In this document: positions 24,818-39,359 of the stretch, piece by piece
Layout of the letters: each line of letters opens with the position of its first letter
How positions within the stretch are numbered: the first letter of the stretch is position 1
Assembly: GCF_001194135.2 (NCBI RefSeq)
Contig: NC_069009.1
Span: 3,539,200 to 3,603,199, forward strand
Direction of reading: 5' to 3'
DNA: 64,000 nt
Source: Octopus bimaculoides
Taxonomy: Eukaryota
Position numbers and translations under genes: made by a program
The notes under the pieces: model-generated
What the model was told of the DNA's origin: nothing
Seen by the model: only the letters and a program-made list of their open reading frames with translations
The model's database searches: none

Positions 24818-25441
24818 CAGGCGCAGGAGTGGCTGTGTGGTAAGTAGCTTGCTTACCAACCACATGGTTCCGGGTTCATTCCCACTGCATGGAACCTTGG
24901 GCAAGTGTCTTCTACTATAGCCTCGGGCCGACCAAAGCCTTGTGAGTGGATTTGGTAGACGGAAACTGAAAGAAGCCCGTCGTATATACGTATGTATATA
25001 TANNNNNNNNNNNNNNNNNNNNNNNNNNNNNNNNNNNNNNNNNNNNNNNNNNNNNNNNNNNNNNNNNNNNNNNNNNNNNNNNNNNNNNNNNNNNNNNNNN
25101 NNNNNNNNNNNNNNNNNNNNNNNNNNNNNNNNNNNNNNNNNNNNNNNNNNNNNNNNNNNNNNNNNNNNNNNNNNNNNNNNNNNNNNNNNNNNNNNNNNNN
25201 NNNNATATATATGTATGTATATGTATGTGTGTGTATATGTTTGTGTGTCTGTGTTTGTCTCCCCAACATCGCTTGACAACCGATGCTTGTGTGTTTACGT
25301 CCCCGTAACTTAGCAGTTCGGCAAAAGAGATTGATAGAGTAAGTACTAGGCTTCCAAAGAATAAGTCCTGGGGTAGATTTGCTCGACTAAAGGTGGTGCT
25401 CCAGCATGGCCGCAGTCAAATGACTGAGACAAGTAAAAGAG
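24818..25441 (+). mobile_element. SINE family A, full length (gap in internal microsatellite)
   Basis: Head, body and tail match the reference. Confidence 0.9.
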
Positions 25442-25444
25442 TAA

Positions 25445-26830
25445 TTGTTCCTCCTCCTACTTCCTTATCTCTGCACCGTTGTCGTCTGCTTCTTGAATAT
25501 TCATTCATCCTTCTGTATTCACCCTCTTTTTCTCTCTCAAACTATTTATTCCTCTCTCTTTTCTCCCCCCCTTCTTCCTCTCTCTTCCTTCCTCTGTCTT
25601 TTTCCTTCACTTCTCTCACTTACACCGTTGTCGTCTGCTTTCGTCTGAACTCTCTTCATTCTTCTCCCCTTCCCTATCACCCCTCTCTCCTTTTCAATCC
25701 CTCACTATCTTTCTCGCTTTCTCTCTCTTTTACCCTTTAATCACCCCCTCCTCCCTCTCTCTTTTATTCTCATATAGAAACTTTTACTTAACTCTCCCTC
25801 CCTCTGTTAGATTACTCCTCATCCCCTGAACTCAGCACCTCTCTATTTATCAATCTATCCCTTGTTTTTCTTATCCCCCTTTCTTTCAATCCTTTACTCT
25901 GTCTTTTCTTCATGCTTCTCTTTAAACACTATCTCTTTGTTTTTATCCCCTCCTCCAATGAAAATTATTACTCTTTCACTTTCTTCTCCTCCTCCTCATT
26001 GCCCCGCTTAATTGTTAGCTCCCTCTCTCAATCCCAAATTTCCCCCTCCTTCTCTCGCTGTATCTGACACTCTTTTTACTCACTCGCTTTTTCCCCTCAC
26101 CTTTTACTACTCCTCATTCACTCTCCCTCTCACCTTCAATCAATCTGTTGTTGTTGACCTCCCACTCTCTCTTTTTTTGAATCTCATTCTGTCTCTCCTC
26201 CCATTCCTCCTATATATTTCTAGTATTTCTTTCGCCTCCTCTGCCTCACACTACTTTGCTACGCTTCTTTCCCTTCATTGTATAATTACTTTCATTGTCA
26301 CCCTCTGCCTATATTTCTGCTCTTTCTTTCTCACTCCCTTAGTATTTTAACTCTTTCTTTGGTTCACCTTTCCCCCTCTTCCTTTCTCTATATTTATACT
26401 GTTTCACTACTTTTTTACTCCCTCTCTATTCCAACCCTTCCTTCTCCAATCTCTTAACCCTCTTTATACACCTACTCTTTCTCCTCCATCTCCTTCTCCT
26501 CCTGCTACTCTTTTTCATTCCTCCTGCTCTCAATATATATATATCTCTGTTCCTCTTCCTCATTTCCTTATCTCATTGTATTTCTACCCTTTCTCCTAAC
26601 ACCCTCCTCCCACACTATTTCCATTATCTTTCTCTCCGCCCCTCTTTGTGTTCTTACTCTTTCTTCTAAACCCTCCTTCTTCCATTCTATTTCTAGGCTT
26701 TCTCTCGCTCTCTCTGTGTGTCATACTCTTTCTCTTCCTCTTTCTGCCAGCCCTCCCCTACTCTACCCACCTGCTGCTTTTATTCTTCTTCTTCTTTCTC
26801 CCGTCATTCATTCTGTGTTTTCTTATTGTC
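25445..26830. repeat. CT-rich polypyrimidine low-complexity tract (similar tracts at 22570-23000 and 54880-55385)
   Basis: Near-exclusive C/T on the plus strand. Confidence 0.85.
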
Positions 26831-26859
26831 AACCGCTTTACTTTACGCAGCTACTTATC

Positions 26860-26898
<39 letters not shown>

Positions 26899-27430
26899 AT
26901 ATTGCTATCTATATTGTGTATTATACTCCAACGGTTAAATCAAGACATTTCAGGTATGTATATAACTCTTTCTTTTTTTCTTTCTTTCAGATCCCCCCAC
27001 ACATATATACGCTCACACAAATATACATACTTACGTAAATATATACGTAAACAATAATTTTCAACATCTACATGTAAACAATTATATATGCATACACGTT
27101 CAAACCAATTATACACATATACATACGCATACATATAGAAAAATAGTGTGTGCGTATATAAATATCTCTTTGTGTTTATGTCTATATATACACACGCACA
27201 TTTAGATATACATACATATATACACTAGCACATACATGCTCATATATATATATATNNNNNNNNNNNNNNNNNNNNNNNNNNNNNNNNNNNNNNNNNNNNN
27301 NNNNNNNNNNNNNNNNNNNNNNNNNNNNNNNNNNNNNNNNNNNNNNNNNNNNNNNNNNNNNNNNNNNNNNNNNNNNNNNNNNNNNNNNNNNNNNNNNNNN
27401 NNNNNNNNNNNNNNNNNNNNNNNNNNNNNN

Positions 27431-27491
<61 letters not shown>

Positions 27492-28182
27492 TTGTGTTTG
27501 TGTTTGTGCGCGCGTGTGTATAGATGTGTGTGTGTATTTATATACAGTGTTTACACACACACACGCACGACTGTGAATGTTTAGAAAATGCCGAAACACT
27601 AGCTGCCCTTTCATCTTAGAATATTCCACCCTGGTTCCTTGTCATACAAATCGCCCGCCCGAAATTTACCCGTCATATTCAAACCTTTCAAATCCTCTCC
27701 CTTTCTCTGTCTGTCTCTCTCTCTCTATATATATACACAATGTATATACATATATACACGCACGCACAGTCAGTCACGCTAATGCAGAAGGTACCATTCC
27801 TTCTTGGTCAGTCTACCGGCTAGAAATAGGAGCTAAATCGCTAAAATCTGACTTAGATTATACCCTTCTGTCTTTGTTTTCCATTTTGTTTCGATCGTTG
27901 GACTGCGGCCATGCCGAGGCAGACCCTTGGTGGTTTCAGTTGAACGAATCGATCCCAGTACTATATTTTTCCTTTTTAAACATGATACTTAGTATCGAAA
28001 GATCGCCGATACTTAATCTATTGGACTCTTATGCAGAACCGTTAGGTTACGGGGACGTAAACAAACCAGCACTGGTTGTCAAGCGATGTTCGGTTCCTGG
28101 TTGTACTGAAGCACACACACACACANNNNNNNNNNNNNNNNNNNNNNNNNNNNNNNNNNNNNNNNNNNNNNNNNNNNNNNNN

Positions 28183-28223
<41 letters not shown>

Positions 28224-28240
28224 GCGTATTTACATATATC

Positions 28241-28279
<39 letters not shown>

Positions 28280-28479
28280 GGCAGACTTCTTTCAGTTTGT
28301 CTAGCAAATCCAGTCAACAAGGAGCTATAGTAAAAGATACTCGGCCAAGGTACCACGCAGTGGGACTGAACCCAGAACTATGTGGTTGAGCAAGCAAGCT
28401 CCCCACTGCTCAGCTACACACCCGCGCCCTTTGGTGGTGTTAGGAGAGACGTTTCGGTTTGCGATCGGAGACCGAGACA

Positions 28480-29880
28480 TAGCTGACCTGGTGCTAAAAT
28501 GATATATTGAATGCTTTCTTCGGTAGTGCTATCGGGCCGACCATATCGCTTCCCTGGGTTAGCAACAGCCGAATATCCTTCATATGTCACCATACTGTCT
28601 TTGAGAAGACGTGTTGTGCATGACTGAATTGTTTCGTCAGATGTCTTTCCAGTCGGGGGCTTACCTAGGGTTAAAAGTCCCAGGTGGTAGCGTACCAACC
28701 AGATCGCTCGATCGGCTACAAATAGCAGCTGAATTTCTAATTTCTAGTGTTGTCTCTGAAAAGGAGTCTTGTCGGTCACGAATGGATTGTCTTTGGGCTT
28801 AGAGGTCATTTCACTGGGTACTTGCCTAAGGTTAAAAACCCACCATCCAACAAGGCATTATTCGGGGTGTCTCGCTAAATAAGGGAGCTTTACCGGTTAG
28901 AAATAGCAATCAAATTTCCTTCAAATTACAACCTTACTGTCTTTGAAAAGACGTGTTGGTCACGTCTGGAGAGCCCTTGCATGGGTCAAGGACTCTGATG
29001 GGGTTTGCCTATGGTTAAAATAATGATTTACGATATGGTGGTGGTGTACATAAGCAACGGCCGAATAGCCTTCAAATGACTGGACTGGATTGTCTTTGGT
29101 CAGAGGTCTTTTCAGGAGGCATTGCTTCGTGGTGGTGATTGGTGTCAGCCAGGTCTCTCGACCGGGCTAGAAATAGCAGTCGAAATATCTTTTAAATTAC
29201 GCCATACTCTCGTTGAGCAGACGTGTTGGGCACGACTGGACTCTTTGATCAGAGTTTTTCTCAGTGGAGGTTTACCTAGGATTAAAATTCTCAATGTGTC
29301 GGATACTGTCGTGCCAACCAGGCCTTTTGTCGGCTCGAAATAGCAGCTGAATTTCTAAATTTTAACTTTACTGTCTATGGAAGCGAGGCGTGTTAGCCAC
29401 GACGGGACTGTCGTCGATCAGACGGTTTCTCAGTCGGGGGGCTTCCTTGAGGTTAAAACCACTCGGTGTTAGCATGCCAACCAGGTCGTTCGGTCAGTCG
29501 GCTAGAAATAGCAGTCAAATTTCTAAATTATAACGTTACTATCTTTGAAAAAAATAGAAGTGTCGGTCACAAATGGACTGTCTTCACCCAAAGTACTTAC
29601 CTGGAGTCAAAAACCACCACCAACAAGGATTTATTTGGTAGTGTCTCGCTAAATAAATGAGCTCAGCCATTTAGAAATAGCAGTCAAATCTCCTTCAAAT
29701 TACAACCTTACTCGTCTTAGGAAAGGCATATAGGTCACGACTGGACTGTCTTTAGTCGTAGGTCTGCCTCAGTCGGGATTGACCTGGGGTTAAATAGCCT
29801 ATTACGATACATTGTGGATGGTTAGAAATTTCGACAGGCTAGAAATGGCAGCTAAGTCTCTTACCGGCTTAAAAAAGATG
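28480..29880. repeat. Degenerate ~165-180-bp satellite-like array (about 8-9 units)
   Basis: The anchor gctagaaatagcag...aaat recurs near 28720, 28900, 29169, 29336, 29503, 29672 and 29840. Confidence 0.8.
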
Positions 29881-32868
29881 GCTAGATACTGTCTGTTTTT
29901 GAAAAACGAGAGGGAAAAAGCCTGAAATAAAAATAACAATGCCTGGAATGATTAAATTAGATGGTTAAAAAATTAGCTTTGTTACTGCGTAATTTCAGGC
30001 TTATTTCTATGTCGCATCACCTTAAGTGTCTTTGGCCATTATTTTTTCGGGTGGGTGGTAAGCTGGTAGAATCGTTAGCACGCTGGACAAAGGTGCTCGC
30101 TTTTACATTCCAAGTTCAAATGTTGCTGAGGTCTACTTTACAATCCCTTTGGGGTCGATAAAATAAGTACCAGTCGACCTCTGGGGTCAATATAATGGAC
30201 TACCACCACCACCACCAAATTTTGCTGGCCTCGGACCAACATTGGAAAGAATCCCTTAAGCCGACGAGCTGGTATTTCTTCTGGCTAATTGTTTTATGTT
30301 CTGGGTTCAAATTCCGCTGTAGTCAACTTTGTTTCTCATCCTAAAATTAAGTACCACTTGAGCACTGGGTGGTCGATAAAATCGACTTGCTCCCTCCCCA
30401 CCCTAAAATTTCTAGCCTTGAACGTATAGTAGAAAGAATTGCTTTAGGTTGAAGTGTTGTGAATAAAATTTGGCTGACGAAAACGGGGCTCCCCCTCCCC
30501 ACACTGGAGGGCTTGTCCTTGTTCTAGGATGGCAGACTTAATATGTTCTGTAGATCTCAACTCTCAGCTCTCTCCTGNNNNNNNNNNNNNNNNNNNNNNN
30601 NNNNNNNNNNNNNNNNNNNNNNNNNNNNNNNNNNNNNNNNNNNNNNNNNNNNNNNNNNNNNNNNNNNNNNNNNNNNNNNNNNNNNNNNNNNNNNNNNNNN
30701 NNNNNNNNNNNNNNNNNNNNNNNNNNNNNNNTGTTTTCGATCTAGTTTGGATTCTTTGCCATCAAATTTGAATTCTTTTTTCTAAAATTTTCTAAACTCT
30801 TTTTCTAAACATTTTTTCTGAAATTTTCTGAACTTTTTTCCTAAAATTTTCTAAACTTTTTTATAAAATTTTCTAAACTTTTTATCTAAAATTTTCTATA
30901 AATCAAAAAAGGGATCAATAATTTTTCAAGAACTCTGTTGGATTAAAGAAATTACAAATCATTTAAGGGCTGTAAATATATTTTCTAATTTTTAACTCAA
31001 AACTAAACTTCTGTGAATTAAAGGGATTCCCACTGCTTGGAGTGCCCCTATCTTGAGCGCTCCTAGACCATAGCCCATACATAAATCTGACCTTGATCAT
31101 GAACCTGATAACCTAGCTCCAATGCTTACACAGGCTAGGCTCTTGAAGGGCCTCTTGGGGTTAAAACTGATGACTATTTCTGAAGTGAGTGCCATTGAAA
31201 ATATTCTAATTTGCTCAGGTGGAAATATTAAAATCCAGTAAAAATTAAGTCAACCGCTTAAGCAAGCTTTGCTAAGAGATAACTAAGGACCAGGTGGTTG
31301 TTGTGATAAACTGTGACGCAGATTAAGCCTCACACTTAATGCCAGATTAAGATTTCTCAGGCTCCCTAGGCTACGAGAAATTTTAACTCCCAGTAATACT
31401 AACAAACAATGCTGGATTAGCCATTGAGCAAAATAAGCACATGACTGGGGCATAAAGGAAAAGGGGACACCACAGAAATGGTAAATGGTTTATGGCACAA
31501 AAGAAATTACTTTGAATCTGTTAAAATAATATTCAAAGTAGTTTACATGATCGGAAATATAATTTTAAAGTGTCATAGTGAGGATTTGATCAAAGACCTT
31601 CTGATTAAAAAAAAAGTAGAAGAAAACTTTGTAAATATAAATAAAGTGGAATTATAGAAAAATAAACATTATTTTCCATCTTACTGTTAGTTTTTGATTC
31701 ATTATGGAAAATAAAAATATATTTTATACTTTATTATTGTTTAGATTTTGAATTACAAATATATGGGGGCACCAAAGTCTTATAAGTGTTTAGGGCCTCT
31801 ATGGGTCTTAAACTGGCCCTGGCCTTTGTAATGTATTCCTAGATACACCATGCCTAAACAGCTTAAAACACAGAAGAAATCACTTTGCACTTGCTAAAAA
31901 TAATATACGAATTGGTTTATATGATCAGAAATATATAAATGTTTTCGATCTAGTTTGGATACTTTGCCATCAAATTTGAATTCTTTGCAATCAAATTTGA
32001 TGGCAAAGGATTCAAATTTGATTGCTGAGAATTCAAATTTGATTGCTGAGAATTCAAATTTGATGGCAAAGAATTCAAATTTTGATTTATAGAAAATTTT
32101 AGGAAAAAAGTTTAGAAAATTTTAGAAAAAAAGTTTAGAAAAACGTGTTTAGGTAGCTGGGTGGTAAGAAGCATGCTTCCAAACCACATGTTTCTAGGTT
32201 CAGTCCCACTGTGTTGCACCTTAGGCAAATATTGTTGTCTATAAACCATGGGCTGACCAACATCTTGTGAGTGGATTTGGTTGACAGAAACTGAATGAAA
32301 CCTGTTGTGTATAGATAATCTTTTCTACTCTAGGCACAAGGCCCAAAATTTTGGGGGAGGGAGCCAGTCAATTAGATCGACTCCAGTACGCAACTGGTAC
32401 TTGATTTATCAACCCTGAAAGAATGAAAGGCGAAGTTGACCTCGGTGGTATTTGAACTCAGAATGTAAAAAAAGACGAAATACCACGAAGCATTTCGCCC
32501 AGCGTGCCAGTTTGCGGCCTTGTTGTGTANNNNNNNNNNTAAGTACTAGGCTTACAAAGAATAAGTCTTGGGGTTGATTTCTAAGACTAAAACCCTTTAA
32601 TGAAGTGCTCCAGCATGGCCGCAAATGAGTGAAACAAGTAAAAGAATTTTTTTTAAAAATGAATAAAGGGGCAAAAAAATTGGTCAGAATTATAATTTTT
32701 GTCGCATACAACCCCAAGATACTAAAATAATTGCAGGAGTGGCCGTGTGGTAAGTAGCTTGCTTACCAACCACATGGTTCTGGGTTCAGTCCCACTGCAT
32801 GGCACCTTGGGCAAGTATCTTCTACTATAGCCTCGGGCCGACCAAAGCCTTGTGAGTGGATTTGGTAG

Positions 32869-32958
32869 ACGTTCTGTTAACAACAAACAAGATGAGGATA
32901 AATATCCGTCAAATGTAAATAATGTACATAATTTCTAATCTCTTGAATATAGAACTGT
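32869..32958 (+). mobile_element. 3' fragment of the 47225-47724 HHR element fused to a SINE A head (32733-32871)
   Basis: acgttctgttaacaacaaacaagatgaggataaatatccgtcaaatgtaaataatgtacata...aatatagaactgt. Confidence 0.85.
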
Positions 32959-34534
32959 TGGAACTATATGTTTGTTTGTTTTAAATAACCACTGCGCCCC
33001 ATCCACCTCCAAGAGGTTTCTGTCTCACACATAAACGATTTTTTAAAATTTGGCATGAGGCCATGCATTCTTCAGAAAAAAAGGTTCCAGTCAATAGTAT
33101 TGATCTCTGGTGGTTTATTGATTCTTGGTAAAACGAAATGCTAAGTTGGCCCCAATAGGGTTCAAATTATGTGTGTGTATGTGTATCTTCTTTTTTTTTT
33201 TTGTTTCAGTCTGTGGCCATGCTGTAGCACTGCCTTGGAGAATTTTTAGTCAAATTGAATCAACCACAATACTTTATTTTTAAAGTCTGGTACATTTTCT
33301 ATCAGTTTCTGTTGCTAAACCACTAAATTAAGGGGATATAAACACACCAACACTGGTTGTCAAGCAGTAGTGGGACACACACACACACATACTATGGGCT
33401 TCTTTCAGTTTCCATCTACCAAATCCACTCAAGGCTTTGGTTGGGCCAATGCTATGGAAAAAGACACTTGCCCAAGGTACCACATAGTGGGACTGAACCC
33501 AGAACCATGTGGTTAGTAAGCAAGCTTCTTAACACAGCCATGCCTTTAAAATTTTGGTATGAACACAAATTTTATCAGGGGACAGATTGGGGGTTTTCTT
33601 GTTTTTTTTTCTTTTATGTTTTATATTTACTTGTTTCAGTCATTAGGCTACGGCTAATGAAGGGGTTTTGTTGAACAAATTTAGTCAAATCCCAGCTTAT
33701 TTCCTAAGCCTTGTACTTTTGATCTTTTTTGACTGAACCACTAAGTTATGGGGATGTAAACAAACCAATGTTGGTTCTCAAGCATTGTGGTGGCGACAAG
33801 CACACACATACACACACACGTTTTACTTGTCTCAGTCATTAGACTGTGGTCATGCTGGGGCACTACCTTCAAGCCGTTTAGTCAAATTAATCAACCTCAA
33901 GACTTCTTTTAAGCCTGGTTCTTATTTTATCAGTGTCTTTTGGTGAACCGCTAAGTTATGGGGATGTAAACACACCAACACCAGTTGTCAATCAGTGGTG
34001 GGGGACAAACAGACACACAAATACACATTCATTTATTATTGTCTTTCACTTTCTTATTTCTTTATTGCCCACAAGGGGCTAAACATAGAGGGGACAAACA
34101 AGGACAGCCAAAGAGATTAAGTCAATTACATCGACCCCAGTGCGTAACTGGTACTTAATTTATCGACCCCAAAAGGATGAAAGGCAAAGTCGACCTCAGT
34201 GGAATTTGAACTCAGAATGTAACGGCAGACGAAATACCGCTAGGCTTTGGTTGGCCCAAGGCTTTGGTTGGTCCAAGGCTATAGTAGAAGACACTTGCCC
34301 AAGGTGCCACACAGTGGGACTGAACTCAGTCATGTGATTGGGAAGCTAGCTTCTTACCACCCACCCATATCTGTACTTCCTTTGTATAAATGATTTCTTA
34401 AAAAATTTGGCAAAAGTTCATATATTCTTGGGGAAAAAAGGTTTTAGACAATATTATTGATCTCTGTTTGGCTGGTGACTTATTGATTTTTCTGTAAGAT
34501 GAGAGGCTAAGTTAACCCCTGACAGGATTCAAAT

Positions 34535-34988
34535 TATGTGTGTGTGTGTATATATATATATGAACCTGTATGTATATTGTGTATGTGTATATTTGTGTAT
34601 ATAAGTGTGTGTGTATTTGTGTATATATGTGTGTATATATATGTGTGTGTATATACCTGTATGTATGTGTGTGTGTGTATGTATATATATATGCATATGA
34701 ACCTGTATGTGTGTGTATATATATGTATGTGTATATATATATATATGTATGTGTGTATATATATGTATGTGTATATATATATATGTGTGTATGTATGTAT
34801 GTGTATATATATGTGTGTGTATGTATGTATGTGTATATATATATATGTGTGTGTATGTATGTATGTGTATATATATGTATGTGTATATGTGTATGTATGT
34901 GCATATATGTGTATATATATATATACATACATCTTAAAGTGTGCTTCTTCTCTGGATTTATGTGTTTCTACAAATGATGTATATATAT

Positions 34989-35031
<43 letters not shown>

Positions 35032-35050
35032 CACACACACACATACACGT
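34535..35050. repeat. Degenerate TG/TA compound microsatellite
   Basis: Direct reading. Confidence 0.95.
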
Positions 35051-36782
35051 GTGTATCTAGTGGAACTTCAGTTTTTATAACATAAAATGTCTCCGGTTAT
35101 AANNNNNNNNNNNNNNNNNNNNNNNNNNNNNNNNNNNNNNNNNNNNNNNNNNNNNNNNNNNNNNNNNNNNNNNNNNNNNNNNNNNNNNNNNNNNNNNNNN
35201 NNNNNNNNNNNNNNNNNNNNNNNNNNNNNNNNNNNNNNNNNNNNNNNNNNNNNNNNNNNNNNNNNNNNNNNNNNNNNNNNNNNNNNNNNNNNNNNNNNNN
35301 NNNNNNNNNNNNNNNNNNNNNNNNNNNNNNNNNNNNNNNNNNNNNNNNNNNNNNNNNNNNNNNNNNNNNNNNNNNNNNNNNNNNNNNNNNNNNNNNNNNN
35401 NNNNNNNNNNNNNNNNNNNNNNNNNNNNNNNNNNNNNNNNNNNNNNNNNNNNNNNNNNNNNNNNNNNNNNNNNNNNNNNNNNNNNNNNNNNNNNNNNNNN
35501 NNNNNNNNNNNNNNNNNNNNNNNNNNNNNNNNNNNNNNNNNNNNNNNNNNNNNNNNNNNNNNNNNNNNNNNNNNNNNNNNNNNNNNNNNNNNNNNNNNNN
35601 NNNNNNNNNNNNNNNNNNNNNNNNNNNNNNNNNNNNNNNNNNNNNNNNNNNNNNNNNNNNNNNNNNNNNNNNNNNNNNNNNNNNNNNNNNNNNNNNNNNN
35701 NNNNNNNNNNNNNNNNNNNNNNNNNNNNNNNNNNNNNNNNNNNNNNNNNNNNNNNNNNNNNNNNNNNNNNNNNNNNNNNNNNNNNNNNNNNNNNNNNNNN
35801 NNNNNNNNNNNNNNNNNNNNNNNNNNNNNNNNNNNNNNNNNNNNNNNNNNNNNNNNNNNNNNNNNNNNNNNNNNNNNNNNNNNNNNNNNNNNNNNNNNNN
35901 NNNNNNNNNNNNNNNNNNNNNNNNNNNNNNNNNNNNNNNNNNNNNNNNNNNNNNNNNNNNNNNNNNNNNNNNNNNNNNNNNNNNNNNNNNNTGTCTGTCG
36001 AGAGAAAGAATTCTTTTTCTGCGTGTGTCCCTGTGTACAAACAGGTGCCTAAAACCGCTTGACAACCAATGTTTGTTTGTTTACTTCTCCCGCACTTAGC
36101 AGTTCGCCAAAAGAGAATTGAATAAGTACTAGGCTTTAAAAAATAACTCCTGGGGTCGTTTTATTTGACTAAAACCTTTCAAGGTGTTGCCCCAGCGTGG
36201 CCGCCATCCAGTGAAGGAAACAGATGGGAGACCTTGTATCTATCTGTATGCATGTCTCCTTCCACCGCTTGACGACTGGTGTTGGTTTGTTTACGTCACG
36301 TAACTTAGCGATTCTAAGTATCAGACTCGTGTATCTTTTTAAATGGAAATTTGCTGAGATTTATTTTCGAGGATGTTGAAATGTAAGGGAAAAAATTTAA
36401 TTGGAAAAACAAAAAAGTGGTTTAGTAAATGCAGGGAAATGTCGAGAGAATGAAATTAATAGACATCGATTTCGAGACTTCTGCGCTTGTGTGTGTGTGT
36501 ATAAATTAATTCATACGTAATACACCCACCCACACACATTCATTCATACGTAACATACATATATATAGCATGAATATTACGTAATATGTATATATATATA
36601 TATATATGCATACACACATTCATACGCAATGTGTGTGTGTGTATATATATATATTTATATACCCACGCACGCATACATACGTAATATATATATATATATA
36701 TACGTAATACGTAAGCACACTGATTTATAATACATGCGCACACATTCTAATGTACATACACACACGTGTGCATGTATGCATG

Positions 36783-36856
<74 letters not shown>

Positions 36857-37286
36857 GCTTATACGTTTGTTCAGTGATGTTTAAGCCTTTCTCCGCTGTC
36901 GGTATTGATCAAGTAGACCCACACCGACAGGCGTTCTAACCGTGACAATCCGTACGAGCTTTTTTTTTTCAGTATATCTGGGATTACATTATCTAATGCA
37001 TTGCATAATAGTTTGTATTAATGGCTAAAGTTGTTGTTTACCTCAAGGTCAGTCCTCGTCTACTAGATCACAGATATCCCAGCTGTGACCATCCCACCTT
37101 TTACACGGACACGGTCTATCTAGGTCTACATTATCTAATCATTAGATTCTAAAATAAAGCATAGCAAATAGATTTAGTAGCTGTTTTTGTTTAGCCCTCG
37201 GTCAGTCCTGAACCAACAGACCTGTAATCAAAGACGTTCTTGTTCTGACTATCCCATCTTTCTTTCAGGCATAGTATATCTAGGAC

Positions 37287-37536
37287 TACATCATCATCGT
37301 TTAACGTCCGCTTTCCATGCTGGCATGGGTTGGACGATTTGACTGAGGACTGGTGAAACCAGATGGCTACACCAGGCTCCAATCTGGTTTGGCAATGTTT
37401 CTACAGCTGGATACCCTTCCTAACGCCAACCACTCCGAGAGTGTAGTGGGTGCTTTTACGTGCCACCGGTACGAAGGCCAGTCAGGTGGTACTGGCAACG
37501 GCCACGCTCAAAATGGTGTTTTTTACGTGCCACCTG
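37287..37536 (-). mobile_element. RTE LINE 3' tail
   Basis: catcatcatcgtttaacgtccgctttccatg...; other copies at 41340-41493(-), 49702-49838(+), 52158-52333(-) and ~59845-60000(-). Confidence 0.85.
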
Positions 37537-38194
37537 NNNNNNNNNNNNNNNNNNNNNNNNNNNNNNNNNNNNNNNNNNNNNNNNNNNNNNNNNNNNNNNN
37601 NNNNNNNNNNNNNNNNNNNNNNNNNNNNNNNNNNNNNNNNNNNNNNNNNNNNNNNNNNNNNNNNNNNNNNNNNNNNNNNNNNNNNNNNNNNNNNNNNNNN
37701 NNNNNNNNNNNNNNNNNNNNNNNNNNNNNNNNNNNNNNNNNNNNNNNNNNNNNNNNNNNNNNNNNNNNNNNNNNNNNNNNNNNNNNNNNNNNNNNNNNNN
37801 NNNNNNNNNNNNNNNNNNNNNNNNNNNNNNNNNNNNNNNNNNNNNNNNNNNNNNNNNNNNNNNNNNNNNNNNNNNNNNNNNNNNNNNNNNNNNNNNNNNN
37901 NNNNNNNNNNNNNNNNNNNNNNNNNNNNNNNNNNNNNNNNNNNNNNNNNNNNNNNNNNNNNNNNNNNNNNNNNNNNNNNNNNNNNNNNNNNNNNNNNNNN
38001 NNNNNNNNNNNNNNNNNNNNNNNNNNNNNNNNNNNNNNNNNNNNNNNNNNNNNNNNNNNNNNNNNNNNNNNNNNNNNNNNNNNNNNNNNNNNNNNNNNNN
38101 NNNNNNNNNNNNNNNNNNNNNNNNNNNNNNNNNNNNNNNNNNNNAGCATATTTCCAAAGGTTTCGGTCAGAACATTATCTAATAATGTAATGTT

Positions 38195-38225
<31 letters not shown>

Positions 38226-39359
38226 GCCCGATGATCAAAGGTATTCCTGCCCTGAGCATCCCATCTTTTATTCATAGTATATCTGGGACCACATTATCTT
38301 ACAAAAAACTGAAGGGACCACTGCAATAAGTGTGTGAATCTGAGAGGGGAATATGTTGAATAAAATCATAATTAACTGATCCTCTTGTACTTTCTTTTAC
38401 TCAAAGCCAGGTACTTTCCCCGCACCCCTTTGTATGTGTGCATGTATGTATATACATAAGTTCCTTTTGTGTATATTTGTAAGTTTTTTTATGTATGTAT
38501 GTATGTATATGTGTAAAGTACTTATTATACACTCATTTATCTATGATGTATGTTACTTATTATAATCGTGGATGTTATCAAAATAAGTGGTTCCCAAGCT
38601 ATTTGCTTAATGTTATCAGCCAGTTGTTGTTTTCAAAGAATGCTTTATCCCAAAGAGATTATATGGAAAGTGGTGTGTGTGTGTGTGGGGGGGGATTGGA
38701 AGAGGAGAATGTTAAATACAGGCATGGTAATGTGTGTATAGACACACATTACTTCTCTCACACACACACACACACACACACTCTTTCTCTTTTTCACATA
38801 TTCTCTCTCACATACACAGAAGTATATACACAGACACACACTATTTGTGTAATGTGTGTGTGTTATTGTGTTATATATATGTGTTTATGTGTGCATATAT
38901 ATATATATATATATTATTTAAAAGAGTTCCAACTCTGTTTTTTATGTTTTATTTATATCCTTATAAAATTAATGTGGGATATAGAATATGGAATATATAA
39001 TATAAATAATAAAATGAAATGAAGTATTGAATGTCTTATTGAATATATGAAATATTGAGTATTAAATATATAAGGGCTAGTATACTTTTCTGCTTTATAG
39101 CAGTCATCAAGGTCCCATCTGACCAGCTAGAACCCTATTTAATATGTATTTATTTCAATGACAAGTCTGTTACAGTTTAGCCCTAGGTCAGTCCTGACAC
39201 AGTGGACCTATGACCTATGCTTCCTGATATGACCAACTCTTATTTTCAGAATTCATGGGCTCATAGCACCTCTGAGATTGGCATCAGGGAGGGAGGACAT
39301 GCGTACATACATACACACACACACACACATATATATATATGTACATATATATATATATG

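Noticed and set aside
28480-29880. CRISPR-like interpretation of the periodic arrays (also 13545-14610)
   Set aside because: Whole units are homologous with no unique spacers, there are no cas genes, and the context is eukaryotic.
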